The position numbers were made by a program, and so were the translations under genes. Shown here piece by piece: positions 1 through 12,985 of a DNA stretch of 64,000 bases. Position 1 is the first letter of the stretch. Every line of letters starts with the position of its first letter. This DNA is from Azolla caroliniana (taxonomy: Eukaryota > Plantae > Polypodiophyta), in contig JBHGNT010000012.1 in the NCBI GenBank assembly GCA_043228905.1, positions 15,996,001 to 16,060,000 of the forward strand. Direction: 5' to 3'. The notes beneath the pieces were generated by a model. That model ran no database searches, was not told the DNA's origin, and saw only the letters and a program-made list of their open reading frames with translations.

Positions 1-818
1 CAAAGAGGAGCAATGCCCGGACACCTGCCCACGCTAGGAAGAGCCATCGTCGGAGCCACAAGGAAATGTCTCGGACAGCGTACCAACCAAGCCCACCACA
101 ACGAGGCTGCATGAAGAAGTAAACGCGGAGACCGATGCGCCAGCCAAGCTGAACAACGAAGCACCTACGGACATCACGCCATCTCCGGTGCATGGCAAAC
201 GAACAGAGCCGCGTGATGAGGACAACACAGAAACAAACGCACTGGCCGAGTGTACCAACGAAGCACCTACAGACATCACATCGCCTCCAGTGCATGACGA
301 GCGAACGGAGTCAAACATCCTCGACATTTTGGGCGACGTGCCATGGCACTGTCCCACATGTGTGCCAAGTGTTGTCCACCGGAATTGCAACCATCGGAAA
401 TAACGCATGGGGAATAGAGTATTATATTAGGAGCGTTAAAGTAACGCGTGTAATGGTTGTAAGCAAGGAGCGTAACCGATTAGAAGCCATGTATATATAA
501 AGGGCGAGAGACCATTGTAAAGAGCTAGCGTATTATGAGAGTGCCATTTTAATATAGTTTATCTTCTCTGATCTTGGTGTCCTGTCTATTGGCCTATTGG
601 TCTCTTGTTTCTGTGTCTCATTCTCTGTATAAGACTGTGTTGTAGTAAACACAAGGTAAGTACGCGTTGGGTGCTATGCCCTAGAGAGGTTAGGTTGTAG
701 TAATCTTCCCCTGACACCCTACCGATCACGCACTACGCATCCCTATTCCCTTGCACCACGATCACCTTGTAAGCTACCCTGAAGGATTGAGGGTGGCCTA
801 TGTTCCTAACCGGTAACA
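1..818 (+). mobile_element. Probable LTR (3' or solo) of an LTR retrotransposon, left end outside the window
   Basis: TATA-like tatataaa near 493, T-rich U5-like tract, ends ...cctaaccggtaaCA at 818; internal imperfect repeat (aacgaagcacctac(g/a)gacatcac at about 156 and 257). No PBS or partner LTR seen. Confidence 0.35.
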
Positions 819-1229
819 ATTATTAGAGTAGAGTTTAGTTTTCCCCCGTTGTTAGTAGAAGCACTTTTCCAAGTGGTAGTTTTAATTCATCGGATACATC
901 ATCAACCACCAAATACGATATCCCGTCAAGCTTTTGAGGCATCCTGATCCCTATATGCGTCCGAGGACTTTGCCTCTTGGTATAGTATTGTAGTGAGTTG
1001 GTTACTTGCAAATGGTATTGAAATTAATAACCTACCTCACCTTAAGTACAACCATGGGATTGATCAAACTTTAATCTCTAATGAAGACCATAATAAAGTA
1101 ATGCGCCAAGAAATATGGCAAATTTACACCCGATATAAATGGATCACCCCACCAGAGTCACTCCCAACTAAAATATGATGGGATTCGTTCCCTTTCATTC
1201 ATGAGAAAGACCGACTATGTAATTGACAA

Positions 1230-1334
1230 TGTCGTGGAAAGACAGAAACACAACAAATACACATTTTTATGTGGAAACCCTAAATGGGGAAAACCATGGG
1301 AGAAGAAGAGATTCCACTATACACAAGAGAATAT
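1230..1334 (-). mobile_element. Fragment of a Copia-type LTR end (U5), interrupted by the next element
   Basis: Reverse complement contains cccatggttttccccatttagggtttccac, matching the U5 motif of the Copia LTRs at about 12845-12876 and 62981-63012; begins TG on the + strand. Confidence 0.4.
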
Positions 1335-3730
1335 TGTTGGGTGTGTGAGGAAGAGTGAGAGACACACAAGAAGCACACACAAGAAGCACTAACACAAAGA
1401 AGGCAATGGCTGGAATAGCTCTCTCTATTGATGAATAATACAAACCTAGTAAGAGCTGAAATATATATCCCTAAGTACTAAGTACCACCACATATGAGTG
1501 ACTCATGTATGTGGTAACATGGGGAAAAAACCTCTAGCCAGCGCTAGAATAAAAAGTGCCCATGTATAGGTAAAATGGTTCACATCAAAGCTACTGGAGC
1601 AACACGTAAGTGTAACAAACCCCCCTGGAGCAAATGATGTGAACATGTACAAGGAGTGACAGATCAACCCCCACAAGGCAATAAGCCTAAAGCTTTGCGA
1701 AAAGCTTCAAACTTTTCTCATGGAAGAGCTTTGGTGAATATGTCTGGCACATTATCTTGTGTAGGCACATATACCAAATCAATATCTCCTGCATGAAGGT
1801 GCTCCCTCACATAGTGATAATGCACCTCAATATGTTTGGTCCATGCATGAAATACAGGATTTCATGCAACAACCAATGCATTCTGGCTAGCTGTGAGAAT
1901 ACGTGTAGCAACATCAATCTCCATGCAAAGATCCATCAAAAGCCGTCTTAGGCATATACACTCCACTGTAGCTATGAAAACTGCCCTGTACTCAGCTTCA
2001 CAACTTGATGTCACCACTGTAGGTTTCTTTTTACTCAACCAATATATACATGAGTTTCCAAGGAAAAAGCAATTACCACTAGTGGACACACGGGTATCAT
2101 AACAAACAGCCCAATCACTATCTGTAAAAGCATCCAAGCATGGCTGAGTATCTTTGCCATAAAAGAGACCCAAGCTCAAAGATATCTAAACACACGTTTC
2201 ACTACTTGCCAATGCTTAGTGCCAGGGCTATGAATGAATCAACTCAATTGGGAGACTGCATATTGTATATCCGGCCTTGTGTTGCATGCATATATAAGAC
2301 ATCCCACAGCTTGTTGATAAAGAGAAGTATCAAATGCATCACTAGAATCCTCAACAAAGAACCTAAATCCTGTCTCAACAGGTGTGGAAAATGGCTTGCA
2401 ATCCTCAAAGTCAAAACGCAGAAGTAGTTTTTCAACATACTTTCCTTGATGCATAACCATTCCCCCCTCAACGGATACAAACTAGATGCCAAGATAGTAG
2501 CTCAAATGACCAAGATAAGTGACTTCAAAAGTATGTTGCAAATCAGCCATAAGAGAATCAAGTTTTGCATCACATGAACCAGTCAAGAGTATGTCATCAA
2601 CATAAAGAACGAGCACTAGAAGATCAGCCCCATCTTTGCATACATAAAGCATGCTTTCAATCAGACTACATGTGAAGCCAAGAGCAATCAAGTGCTTATG
2701 GATTTTTTCATACCATGCACGTGGAGCTTGCTTGAGACCATACAAGGCCTTATGCAAGCGACAAACCATATGCTCTTTCTCTTTCATAGCAAATCCAGGA
2801 GGTTGCTTCACATAGACCTCTTCTTGCAAATCACCATTTAAGAAAGTTGTTTTTTATGTCCAATTGATGCATTTTCCAAGCTCTTTGGGCAGTCAATGCA
2901 ACCATGGTACGAATGGTAGTCATGCGTGAAGTAGGTGCAAAAGTTTCCTCATAATCAATGCCATATTGTTGTGCATATCCTTTGGCAACCAATCTAGCTT
3001 TGTAGAGATCAATACTACCATTGGACTTTCGTTTAATCTTGTAAACCCACCTAGTACCAATCACATTCTTTCCTTTTGGCAATTCACATAACTCCCAAGT
3101 ATCATTCTTATGAATGGAATCCATTTCTGATTGCATAGCACTCATCCAATGTGGATCATCACATGCATCTTCAAAAGTAAGTGGCTCCTCATTACATGCT
3201 ATTGCAACAATAGAATAATCCACAAAATTACTTGATGCATGGCAAGAGCTTGATCTTGTTCTATCAAAGGTGCACTCAATTTGATATCTTGCAAAGTTTG
3301 TTTCGGCCACCTCGGCATAGTTTGTGACCTCTTGATAGCCATATGTTCATTATGTAATACATCTTCAATATGTACATCATGCGTGGGCTGAATTTCATGC
3401 TCATTTTCAGCCACATTTTGTTGCAAATGTTCAGCCATGTTTGGTTGGACATTTCGTGCATTTTCAACACTTATTTGTTGGAAATTTTCATCCCTTTGAA
3501 ACTCACTTGGCTGGTCTACATGTCCATGGTCAAGCGCACCAGTGTATCAAACACATCTTGTGAGCTAATTGTTGGTTGCTTTTTCCATTCAAGAAAAGGG
3601 AAAGCTGAATTTTCAGCAAATACCACATCTCGACTCACAAAATTTGTTAGGAAGATGCTTTCCTTTAACCATACATCGTGCCATCTCTAAGAGTGTTCTA
3701 TTTTTGCGCTCCGCAACATCATTTTGTTGA
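1335..3730 (-). mobile_element. Ty1/Copia element A, 5'-truncated, degenerate (3' LTR 1335-1617, PPT 1618-1630)
   Basis: LTR TGTTAC...CCAACA on the minus strand, preceded by PPT CTCCAGGGGGGTT; INT, RT and RNase H remnants in Copia order. Confidence 0.9.
1680..3730 (-). pseudogene. pol: Copia pol remnant (integrase C-part, RT, RNase H) with stops, frameshifts and an internal deletion
   Basis: ORFs 2831-3310 (KARLVAKGYAQ), 2482-2829 (LYGLKQAPRAW, YVDD), 1862-2179 (FTDSDWA, SSCEAEY); QQNDVAERKNRTL at about 3690-3730 joined directly to VSRDVVF. Confidence 0.9.
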
Positions 3731-5432
3731 TGTTGTCCATAGGCTAGAAATATAAATACATCATATGTAAACTCGCCGGTAGGTAGAAAAGTAGGTGAGG
3801 AAATAGGTAGAACTAAGTCAAGTTTTTAGCCCTGACAATCAGCCGATGGCTCGGCTCTGTCTAAAGAAGAGAACTATATAAACCGAGATCTACATACCTC
3901 GAAGGGGGAGATACCTAGATTATTTAGCAAGATTAACATCGTAGCCCTAAGCTCTACACAAACTATTTCCGGCCGAGAGCCGTGTACTGTAATCGTTGTG
4001 AGCTTCTTATTTAATATAAATCTCGCTCTTACTATTCCTTCATCTGTGTATTCTCCCCGGTACTCGTGACCAAGCTAAGTTTATGCCTAACGGGTTGTAG
4101 CCCGTGTACGCTCCTCGTTCTCATATCGTCTTCTCAGTGTAGAAGAGGCTTCCACATAACATGACCCCTTGATACCGATAGCCTGTGGGCTCATCGAAGG
4201 TGTTTTCCCTAGAAACGGTTAACACAATTTCGCACGCCCCGTTACAACTGTAGGGTCACAACAAACTACGTAAGAGGCAAACCTCAGCCGCCATTACGAC
4301 GCCCAATCGCATCACGCGGTCTCGGCCACCTGCCCGACGCCCTGAGCTAGTCGAAGGAACTTCCGACTCAGTGGTCACTGACCAATCTTTCCAGGAACTA
4401 TCGGCAGCTCACTGGTTTCAATCCTCGCCACCCGATACCCAGTCGCAAGTTGATTTCGCACCGACCTCCCCGCCAAGCCCTCTAGAGGTCACCCAACCTG
4501 ACCCTAACCGTTTTCTAGCTTTACCTAAAGACCCGGATCTCGATACCATGCATTACCCTTACCCACAATATACAGACAGCCCCGACACGGAATCGCACAC
4601 CCGTGCTTTCGTGTCCACATGGCAGGCCAACCACTCGACGTAGCGGTTATCGGTTGCCGAGATCGAGTCCTCCAAAATCGCGGAATTTGCTCTATCCCTC
4701 GATGGGCCGGCTGCTCGATGGTATTCCCACCTCGATGTGGGGGAGGTCACAACGTTCCAAGACGTCCGAACAAAGTTTCTAGAGTTATTTCACCGCGAAG
4801 TTCCGAAGCGCGAACTGCTCTGGTAGTTCTTTTCCATGAGCCAAGAATTTCATGAGACGGCCGCCCAGTTCACAATCTGGTTTCAAGATCTCTACTGACA
4901 ACTAGTCGACGATGTCTCCGCTCATCACATTCTGGATACTTTCCTTTCCAGCCTATGGGAGCCTCTACGGACAACTCTCGCACTTACCAATTTCTCGAAC
5001 CAGACAATCGAGCAAGTCATCGCACGCATCTTTGCCATCGATAGGACACAACATAACACGACTTTCTCCATGGGCTCTTTGCAAAGCACCCTTCCTCATG
5101 AGGACAACCGGTTCTGACAAGCCCTCCAATGCACAACCTGCTCGGGCTTAGGCCATTTGGCTCTCGAGTGCCCTCATCGGCCACATTGTCCAATCTGTCA
5201 GTCCCGATCCCACACGATCGAACAATGCGAATACAACATGCTCAACCGCACAACGATGGCTCCAGTTCACCAGATCGAGCCTCGGAATACATAGTCACGA
5301 CAAGATGAACGTCAATCATACCGACATCGGGAGAACGAGCGACCACAATCCCCGGATCGTCGGCGCCGCGATGACGACCACTACCGCCACGACAACCGCA
5401 GGAGATCAGATGACCGTTGTGAACAATACCGA
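3731..5432 (+). mobile_element. Ty3/Gypsy element B fragment: probable 5' LTR (about 3731-4247) plus gag
   Basis: TGT...ACA-bounded LTR-like block with tatataaa at about 3875, followed by a retrotransposon gag frame; cut at 5432 by element G1. No PBS recognised. Confidence 0.65.
4371..5432 (+). pseudogene. gag: Gypsy gag pseudogene with two CCHC zinc knuckles
   Basis: One frame with in-frame stops reads ...FALSLDGPAARWYSHL...FLELF... then CTTCSGLGHLALEC and CPICQSRSHTIEQC (both CX2CX4HX4C). Confidence 0.75.
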
Positions 5433-6144
5433 TGTCGAGGTATTCCTCGCGGATGCGTGGAGTGAGGCGGGACCTCGGGGGTCCTGTACCAAAGAGCAAG
5501 AGAGGTAGACCCACTATGTGTGAGCGTAGATTCACAGAGACACGGCCCTTCGACGCAAGACGCGAGTGGGACAGTGACACAGAAAGATACGAAAGTATGT
5601 ATGTATTGACAAGACAAACGACAAGAACACGGAGTCACTAAAACACGAAGTTGGTTACAACCGAACAGGCCGGCGGACAGATGCCGATACCTGTCTGTAA
5701 ACGCACAGAAAGATAGGAACAGGTTGGAGGTGCTGCCGGAAGCACTCGGGCATTCCTCAGGGCAGCGCGAGCCTCCCGAAACCTGCACAGAAGGAAGCTA
5801 TGGAGTCTGCGAACCAGAGAGAGATAGAGAGAGAGCGAGAAGCCTTCGCGCCCAATCCGACAGCACTTCGTCCTCGACTCCCCGCGATCCCCTACTCTCC
5901 TCATCCCCCTCCCTTTTATAGGCAAGGAAGGAGCCGTTTCCCCCCCTTCACTCCCTACCTACCGAATCTACCTAGGATCTCCTATGTACAACTTAAGGCG
6001 CGCGTGCATGAAGAGTCGGTTTCTGCGCTCCCGTACACCGATTCTGCTTGTGGACGGTTTTCTTCATGACATCCGCCCCCACCTAACCACGCATCCACCG
6101 GCATGCGCCAAATTGAGTTGGGACGGAGGAAACCGGTCCAGCCT

Positions 6145-9100
6145 TCATTCCCCGCCCGTCGATTCTTCCTCGGTTTCGGACCGCTCGTCGTCGCGGTCCA
6201 AGTCAACCTGATCCGGCTCGTCGTCGTGACGCTTCTTGAACGTCTTGATCCGCTTCCCGGCTACCGGTATCGTTATTCTCGTACCGTCGAGTTCCGCCAG
6301 ATGGTATGTCCCGTTGTCGTTTGCGCTTTGTACCACGTAAGGCCCGAACCACCTTCTTGCGAACTTCCGCGTTGCTCGGTGCTGGTTGTCGAGGCTGCTG
6401 TCGTAGACTAGCACCCAGTCGCCTTCCTCGATCTTCTTTGGTTAGAGCCGGTGTGTTCAGTTGAACCGGGCTTTGTTCCTCATCCTTGCTTCCCGAAGCT
6501 TTTCCGCAGCCTGCTCCACGTCCTCCGGTCTCCGCTCGAGCTGTCGTATGCGCGCCGTCAGCAGTTCCTCCCGGCTCATCTCGTCTCTCCAGTCCATGGT
6601 TGCCCATGAGGAGACCGTACGTTCGATCGGCATGATCGGCTTCTGCCCAAACATGAGCTCTGCCGGCATGAATCCGGTTACCGGACTGTGCGTAGTCCGG
6701 TCGGCCCACAATGCGTAAGGCAGTAGCCGCAGCCAGTTCCCGACTCGACCTCCGCATGACCGAACTAACGCCTTGACGATTGGTCCGTGTCCGCGCTCCA
6801 CCTTTCCATTCGCCTCCGGATTGTACGCAGTGGTAAGCGAGAGCTTGACTCCTAGCCGGTCGAACAGTTCCTCGGCCTCTTCGGCGTCCAACTCCCCGCG
6901 ATCGGCCACAATCTTCCCGACGCACCCGTACCGGCATATCACGTCTTCGATCAGGAACCGACATACGGCCGCGGTCGTTTTGTTCTGAAGGGCCCGGCCT
7001 TCTACCTGGTTCGTCAGATCTTCCCGAGCCAGGACCAGATACCGCATCTGTCCTACTCCCATCGGCATCGTCACCAGATCTACCATCCATTTGAAGTGGA
7101 TGGTCGGAGGGTACGTAGGGTGAAGCTCGTCCCGATGTCAGACTATGGAGTGCATCTGACAGCTTTCGCAAGTTGTCACGAATCGATGCACGTCCCGGTA
7201 CAGTCCCGGCCACCAGTACTTCCCTTTTATCTTCTCGAACGTGGCCCAGGTTCCACGGTGCCCGGCCCAAGGGCTGTCGTGGTAGGCCGTCAACAGCTCC
7301 TCCTGTTCTTCCTTCATCGCCACCACCCAGAGCGGAGCGCCGTCCCTCTTCTTCGGGTGCTTCCATAAGTATCCGTCCCGGAGAAAGAATCGGTAAGCTT
7401 TCTTCCGGATCCGGTTGGCCTCGTCCTTTGTCCATGATGCATCCGGCGTCATTGTCCTCAAGAATCCACCGATCTGGAGCCACTCGCCGTCGTACTTGCT
7501 CTCGTCGAAGTCGTTAAGTGCCGGAGTGCTCGTCCCATTGGTCGTCACGTACGCCGACTCGAAGAAGTCCACGCCGACTTCTTCGTCCTCCGAAACCATG
7601 CCGCCCTCGTCATCAAACCTCGCCCTCGAAAGCATGTCGGCCATGGCGTTGTCCTTTCCGGAAATGTGTCGTATCTCCGGGTCCAGGGACTTGATGTACG
7701 CTATCCACCTGAGCATTGCCAGGTCCGGTGTCGCGCATCCGGAAACCATGCCGAGAATTGGCAGGCAATCCGTCTTGATAATCACTTCTGCCCAGATCAG
7801 GTAGTCTTTGTCGGCCTTTACTGCCGAAACGATACCCCAGAGTTCACGTTTAACCTGGGCGTACCCTCGCTGTCGCTCACTGAGGACCTTCGCGCCGAAT
7901 CGGATCGGGAACCGAATGCCGTCCTCGTCTTCTTGGTTGACGACCCATCCGATCCCAGTCGGACTCGTATCCACCGTTATGTATACCGGGGTACCCTTCC
8001 CGTAAACAGCCTTCCGGAGCGCCGGTGCTGCCGCAAGAGCTTCCTTCAGCTTCCGGACCGACTCCGTATGCTCGTCTCGCCATCCGAATTTTTGCCCTTT
8101 TTTCAGCAACCCGTATAGCGGCTCCGCAACGTGGGCGTAATGCGGGATCCATATGTGGTAGAGCGCGCATGCCCCTAGGAACCTCCGAACTTCCGTAACC
8201 GAGCTACAGTCGGTCTTCATCGCGGAGATGGCTTCTACCTTTGCCGGAGACGGCTTCCGGCCATATGGTCCACATAGGTGCCCGACCACCAGGATTTCTG
8301 ATTGCCCGAAGGCCGATTTCTCCCCGGAGAAGGTGAGCCTCGCATCCTCTAGCCTTTGTAGCACCTTCTCGCAGTCGTCGATGTGTGTTGCTACGAATCG
8401 CCGGCATCCGTCCGGCCCGAGTGTCTCGTCCTTCTCTTCCACCGGGCACCCTTTGATGGGAATGTCATCTAGAAATGGCATGGTGACGTCCGGGATGCAA
8501 TCCCTCAGTACTTTGTTCATTGCATTCACCATGTGGGCCACCGAGTTGGTCCCTCCTTGTGGCAGGGTACACATTCGCACTAGGCCGAGGGGAGTTCGCA
8601 TCGTCGTAATGTCTCTGCTCTCCACGGCTAGCTGGAACTGGTCGTACCCTGAGTACAGATCACCGACCGAGTAAATCGACCTTCCGGCAAAGGCCTCTGC
8701 GAACTCGTCTATGGTCGGTCTGATTCCTGCGTTTCGAATGGTCACTCTGTTGACCGGCTGTAGGTCCTGAATGAAACGCAACGTTCCGTTTTTCTTCGGT
8801 ACGGTAAACTATCGGTTCGAGTATGGGGCGCTCGACGGTTCGAGAATACCCATATCGACTTTCTGCCTCAATAGCTCCATCAACTTTGGGATGTGAGCTC
8901 TCGGTACTGGAATCGGCTTGAGATTCCACGGTACATGCGGTACCGTGAATATTACCATCGGCTCCACGATCGTCGGGTCTACGCACCCGATCTCTTCCGG
9001 TGAGAATGCGAAGGCTTTCCCGTGCCTTCCGAGCATCCTCCGAAACCGGTCTTCCTCCGCCGGTAGTAGGAACCCGCCCCCACCGATTTTGAGCTCCCGG

Positions 9101-9618
9101 AGCGTCCCGTCGGTGAAGGTGTGTCCTATGCCGGCCGGATCTCGTAAACTGGGGTCCGACGCAACCCCTCTGATCCGGGACTCGCTGCCCTCCGGTAAGG
9201 GTGCCGCGACTGGCCTTACCTTCCAGTCCACAGTCTTGTACTTTGTGCTAACTCGGGCCGTCCGATCCGACCCAAGCCCCCGACTGAAGTCCGCGATGAC
9301 TTCGTACATCTCTTCGGAACATACCGGTATCGTCCGGTCTTCGTTAAGGTCTTCTCCGGCAACCTTCCTCAGCATCCCCAAGGTGTCGTCGAAGGAGACC
9401 GCCTCCACGGCTCCGCTGATTTCCTCGTCCGGGCCAAGAACTCCGCACGCTCGAAGTCGCTCTTCCACCCTTGTCTTTTCTCGGCCAACGATGCCGACCA
9501 TCATACACCCTCCGCTGTCGGAGAAGCAAAATCCCCTACCTATCGTACAATCGTGGGGTCTTTTCCGAGTGTCCGGGCTGTCTCGGCCCCACGCCTTGGC
9601 AGCCCTCTCTAAAAATCC
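6145..9618 (-). pseudogene. pol: G1 pol (RT, RNase H, integrase) with several premature stops
   Basis: Collinear ORFs 8809-9504, 7138-8781, 6457-7086, 6145-6414; motifs DLYSGYDQ, PFLDDIPIKG, TDCLP, HDSPWAGH...CESCQ, ADRGEL, NGKVERGH, FGPY. Confidence 0.93.
9552..9618 (-). promoter_or_regulatory. Putative -1 programmed ribosomal frameshift signal (G1)
   Basis: G_GAT_TTT_TAG, 6-nt spacer, stem GGGCTG/CAGCCC, loop CGTGGGG pairing with downstream CCCCACG; the -1 frame is open into pol. Confidence 0.75.
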
Positions 9619-10860
9619 TCCCGGCTCTCGCCACCGAGGGATTCGCGGTTTCTCTCGTGGTTCGGCCGTACCGTCAAAAATTGCACCGAATGGCGCCCGT
9701 CCTGGCTTTTGACCCTCGCGTAGGCCGAACCGTTGTCCAGCACTTTGGTCTCCATTCTCGCCGCCGTGATGTATGGTTCACCTAATATGACCGGATGCGA
9801 GGACGTCTCCTGTACGAAGAAGTGCTGGTCAATCTCGACGTCGCCGATCTTTACTCGCACATTCGGGCAGGCCCCATGCAGTTCCTCGGTGGCGCGCGTC
9901 GCCGCCCGTATCTTCCACCCGTGCCTGGTGTTGATCGGCCACGTTCCCTTCTTATAGAAGTCCATGGACATTAGGTTTATTTCCGAACCGTGGTCCACCA
10001 ATGCCACCACCGGTTCCTGAACACCTCCGATTTTTACCGGGGTCTCCGTGGTTGCTCGGGCCCAGTGTGGCCTCGAATAGTGGCTCTCCGCCCACTCATC
10101 TTCCAGCGCCGAGTCGTCGATGTGCGTCGTCCGCACCTCCACCGGTTTTTCCGGTTCCGTCTCCGTCGACAGTCTCTTCCGTTTCACCAAGTCTACAATG
10201 GAGTCGTGGAACTCCTTCTTGGCGATCCCTAGCACCTCCCGTAATGACAGCTCCACCTTGCTGTCGAGGATCCGTTCCTCTAGGACCTTCCGTAGGTCCG
10301 TAGTCCTCTCAATTTCCGTCCCTAGTCGGTATCCGCCCTTCCTGGGGTTATCTTGCGAGCTGGACCCGCCGGCATCGTTCCGTCGTTGCCCGAATCGGGT
10401 CTCGTACCGTTGTGATGGCCCGGCCGCTCCGGGTTTCCCCACGCGTTTTTCTTCTACCAGAGCCTCATAGTTCCGGCAAGCGGCTTCTACGAAGCCCGTC
10501 TTCTCCTCGACCGGATCGCTCCACCCGGTTATTTCCCGGACCCGTCTCTCAGCGTGGTCCGTTTCATTTTTCCTCAGTCGCGCGCCGGCGAGGCCTTCCA
10601 ACATTGCCGACCAGAAACCGTCTTTGCTCTCCTTTCGGGTCTCGCTGCCCCCTACCCGAATACCGGCCGACGCCGAGTAGTGGATGGCCTCCACGTGTCG
10701 GGCCGCCGCCTCTTCCATCAGTCTCTTCATACCTCCTCGCCCGTCATTTCGGCTCAGGGCCCTCCTGGTGTCGCCAGCGTGCACCCGGCCTTCCCACAGG
10801 TACACCACCCGGTTTCTCAACGCCTCTGCGAAATCGCCGCAGTCCTTCCGAATGTGGCCA
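9609..10860 (-). CDS. gag: G1 Gag C-terminal part plus aspartic protease in one frame (5'-truncated)
   Basis: ORF 9609-10916 (its first ~19 codons belong to the neighbouring Copia fragment); end of zinc knuckle GHIRKDC, protease VALVDHGSEINLM and VILGEPY; ends ...EDF*. Confidence 0.85.
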
Positions 10861-11654
10861 TTTCTCTTTGTGCTCATTATCCATGGCTTCTTCATAGCAC
10901 TTAGGCTCACCTTCATCAGTCAAGAGGATGTCTTGACTGGCTATCTCCGAATAACCGATTGTGTCGATTCACTTGGCCTTAAGTCGGAAGTAGTGGAGTT
11001 GACTGGGAATTCGATCCCAACTTCTGTTGCTTCCAATCCTCAAACATCTTGTCTTCAAAGAAGACTATTTTCTTATATACTAAGTCCCATAGCATGTAGC
11101 CAAACTCTTCATCCGAGTATCCCATGAATATGCATGCTTTTGACTTACTGTCGAACTTCGACTCTGATCCTTAGCCACATGCATATACACTAAGCATCCA
11201 AACACCCTCAGGTGTCGGTAGGAGACATCTTTTCCTGTACACACCCTCTATGGGACATCACCTTTCAGTGGCACTGAGGGAGACCTGTTGATTAGATAAA
11301 CAGTTGTGTATGATTTCGAGAGCTTGGCATGCGACAACATTCTCCTTACTCTCTCCATGATTGTTCGATTCATCCTCTTTCCAAGCCCTTTAGCTCAGGG
11401 GTCTTTGGCACTATGTATTTGATTTGAATACCTTGGGCCTTGTTGTATTCCTCGAACGGCCCTTTATATTCGCCACCATTGTCGGTTCGGACAGCCTTCA
11501 GCTTCCGACCCGACTCTCGTTTTGTTCTAATGAGGAACTCCTTGAACACTGATTGTACTTGATCCTTCGAGTTCAGTACGATGGCCCATGTCTTCTGACT
11601 ATAGTCATCATTAAACATTACAAAGTATTGTCCACCTCAATGCGATGGGGTATC
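10861..11654 (-). pseudogene. Copia integrase fragment
   Basis: ORF 11370-11618 FNDDYSQKTW...VRTDNGGEY; downstream sequence encodes an LTDEGEP-type linker; degenerate. Confidence 0.8.
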
Positions 11655-12210
11655 TGAAGGACAAATATGCACAGAAACGTATGTGAGGACCTCGGCCCAC
11701 CAATATCTCTTCTTGTCTGAATGTTGATTTCTCTCCAGAGAGTGTTAAGTGCACATCTTCTAACTTCTGTAGCACTTTCTCACAATCGCGAATATGGTCG
11801 ACTACGAATTTACTGTTGGGAGACAGGTCCCTCCGGATGGGAAGCGAAACCGGATGAGGAGTACCCGGCTACGGAGAGCCGGATGGTGCAGACCCGGTGA
11901 GAACCGGATGAGGAGTACCCGGCTACGGAGAGCCGGATGGTGCAGGCCCGGTGAGAACCGGATGAGGAGCACCCGGCTACGGACAGCCGGATGACGCAGA
12001 CCCGGTGAGAACCGGAGGAAGAGACATATTCGTAAATATGTTTCTGAGAGCCCATCGAGGCTATATTTGTAAATAGCCGAAAAGTCATATTAGTATAAAT
12101 ATGACTTAGGGCAAACTTTTAGTGTAGTTGTTGTCATTCTTGTTGGTGCAAGAATAGAGTGTGTGCGTAACTATACAGAGAGAGAGAGAGAGAAAGAGGT
12201 CGTTGCCTCT

Positions 12211-12985
12211 TGTTGGGATTTCGGTCCCTCCGGATGGGATGTCCGGAGATGAATGACGGCAAGCCCGGTTGCGGTTACGGAGCCGGATGATGAAGACCCT
12301 GGCTACGGAGCCGGATGATGAAGACCCCGGTTACGGAGCCGGATGATGAAGACCCTGGCTACGGAGCCGGATGATGAAGACCCCGGTTACGGAGCCGGAT
12401 GATGAAGACCCTGGCTACGGAGCCGGATGATGAATACCTCCGCTACGGAGCCGGATGATGAAGACCCCGGATACGGAGCCGGATGCTAAAGACCCCGGTA
12501 ACGGAGCCGGATGACGAATGTACCCGGAGAGAGATCCGGATGCGGGGACATATTTGTGAATATGTTTTGCCAAGAGCCCTTGAGGCTATATTTGTAAATA
12601 GCCCGAAAGTCATATGTGTATAAATATGACTTAGGGCAAACAGTTTAAATGTTGTTGCTCATTTTATGTTTTCTGCCGAGAGAGCGAAGTGAGAGCAGCC
12701 GAGAGAGAGAGAGAGAGAAAGGAAGAGGTCGACGCCTCTGTGTATTACCGCCGCCTGTGGCGAAGACAGTGAGCTCAAGGTTGTTGCCTTGTAGCTTCAC
12801 CATTGTACATCTCAGTGTATAGTGATAGTTGGAGTTTGAGGACTCCCGTGGTTTTTCCCATTTAGGGTTTTCCACGTAAAATATCCAGTGTACCTTTTCT
12901 CTCTATTGTCCTCGTGCACTTTGTATTTCCCAATTTCTGTGAGTTGATCCTATTCCTCGGTTGTGGCCGAGCACTGTTTACAACA
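12211..12985 (+). mobile_element. Solo LTR of a related Copia family inserted in the 5' LTR of element C
   Basis: TGTTGG...ACAACA; perfect TSD cctct (12206-12210 and 12986-12990); empty site visible in C's 3' LTR at about 15295; homologous to LTR 62490-63129. Confidence 0.93.
12270..12530 (+). repeat. 28-bp tandem repeat (about 9 copies) in LTR U3
   Basis: Unit gagccggatgatgaagaccc(c/t)gg(t/c)tacg repeated head to tail. Confidence 0.9.

Larger units (their letters stand above)
5433..10860 (-). mobile_element. Ty3/Gypsy element G1 (GC-rich copy), 5'-truncated; 3' LTR 5433-6071, PPT about 6072-6088
   Basis: LTR TGTCATG...CTCGACA on the minus strand; PPT GGTTAGGTGGGGGCGGA, matching the G2 PPT; PR-RT-RH-IN order; no chromodomain after integrase. 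Confidence 0.92.

Noticed and set aside
6203-10897. Many long overlapping or antisense ORFs over G1 (e.g. 6203-7483, 8918-9712)
   Set aside because: Expected shadows of a GC-rich coding strand; not preserved in G2.
12270-12530. 28-bp repeats resembling a CRISPR array
   Set aside because: Head-to-tail units without unique spacers, inside a eukaryotic LTR; no cas genes.
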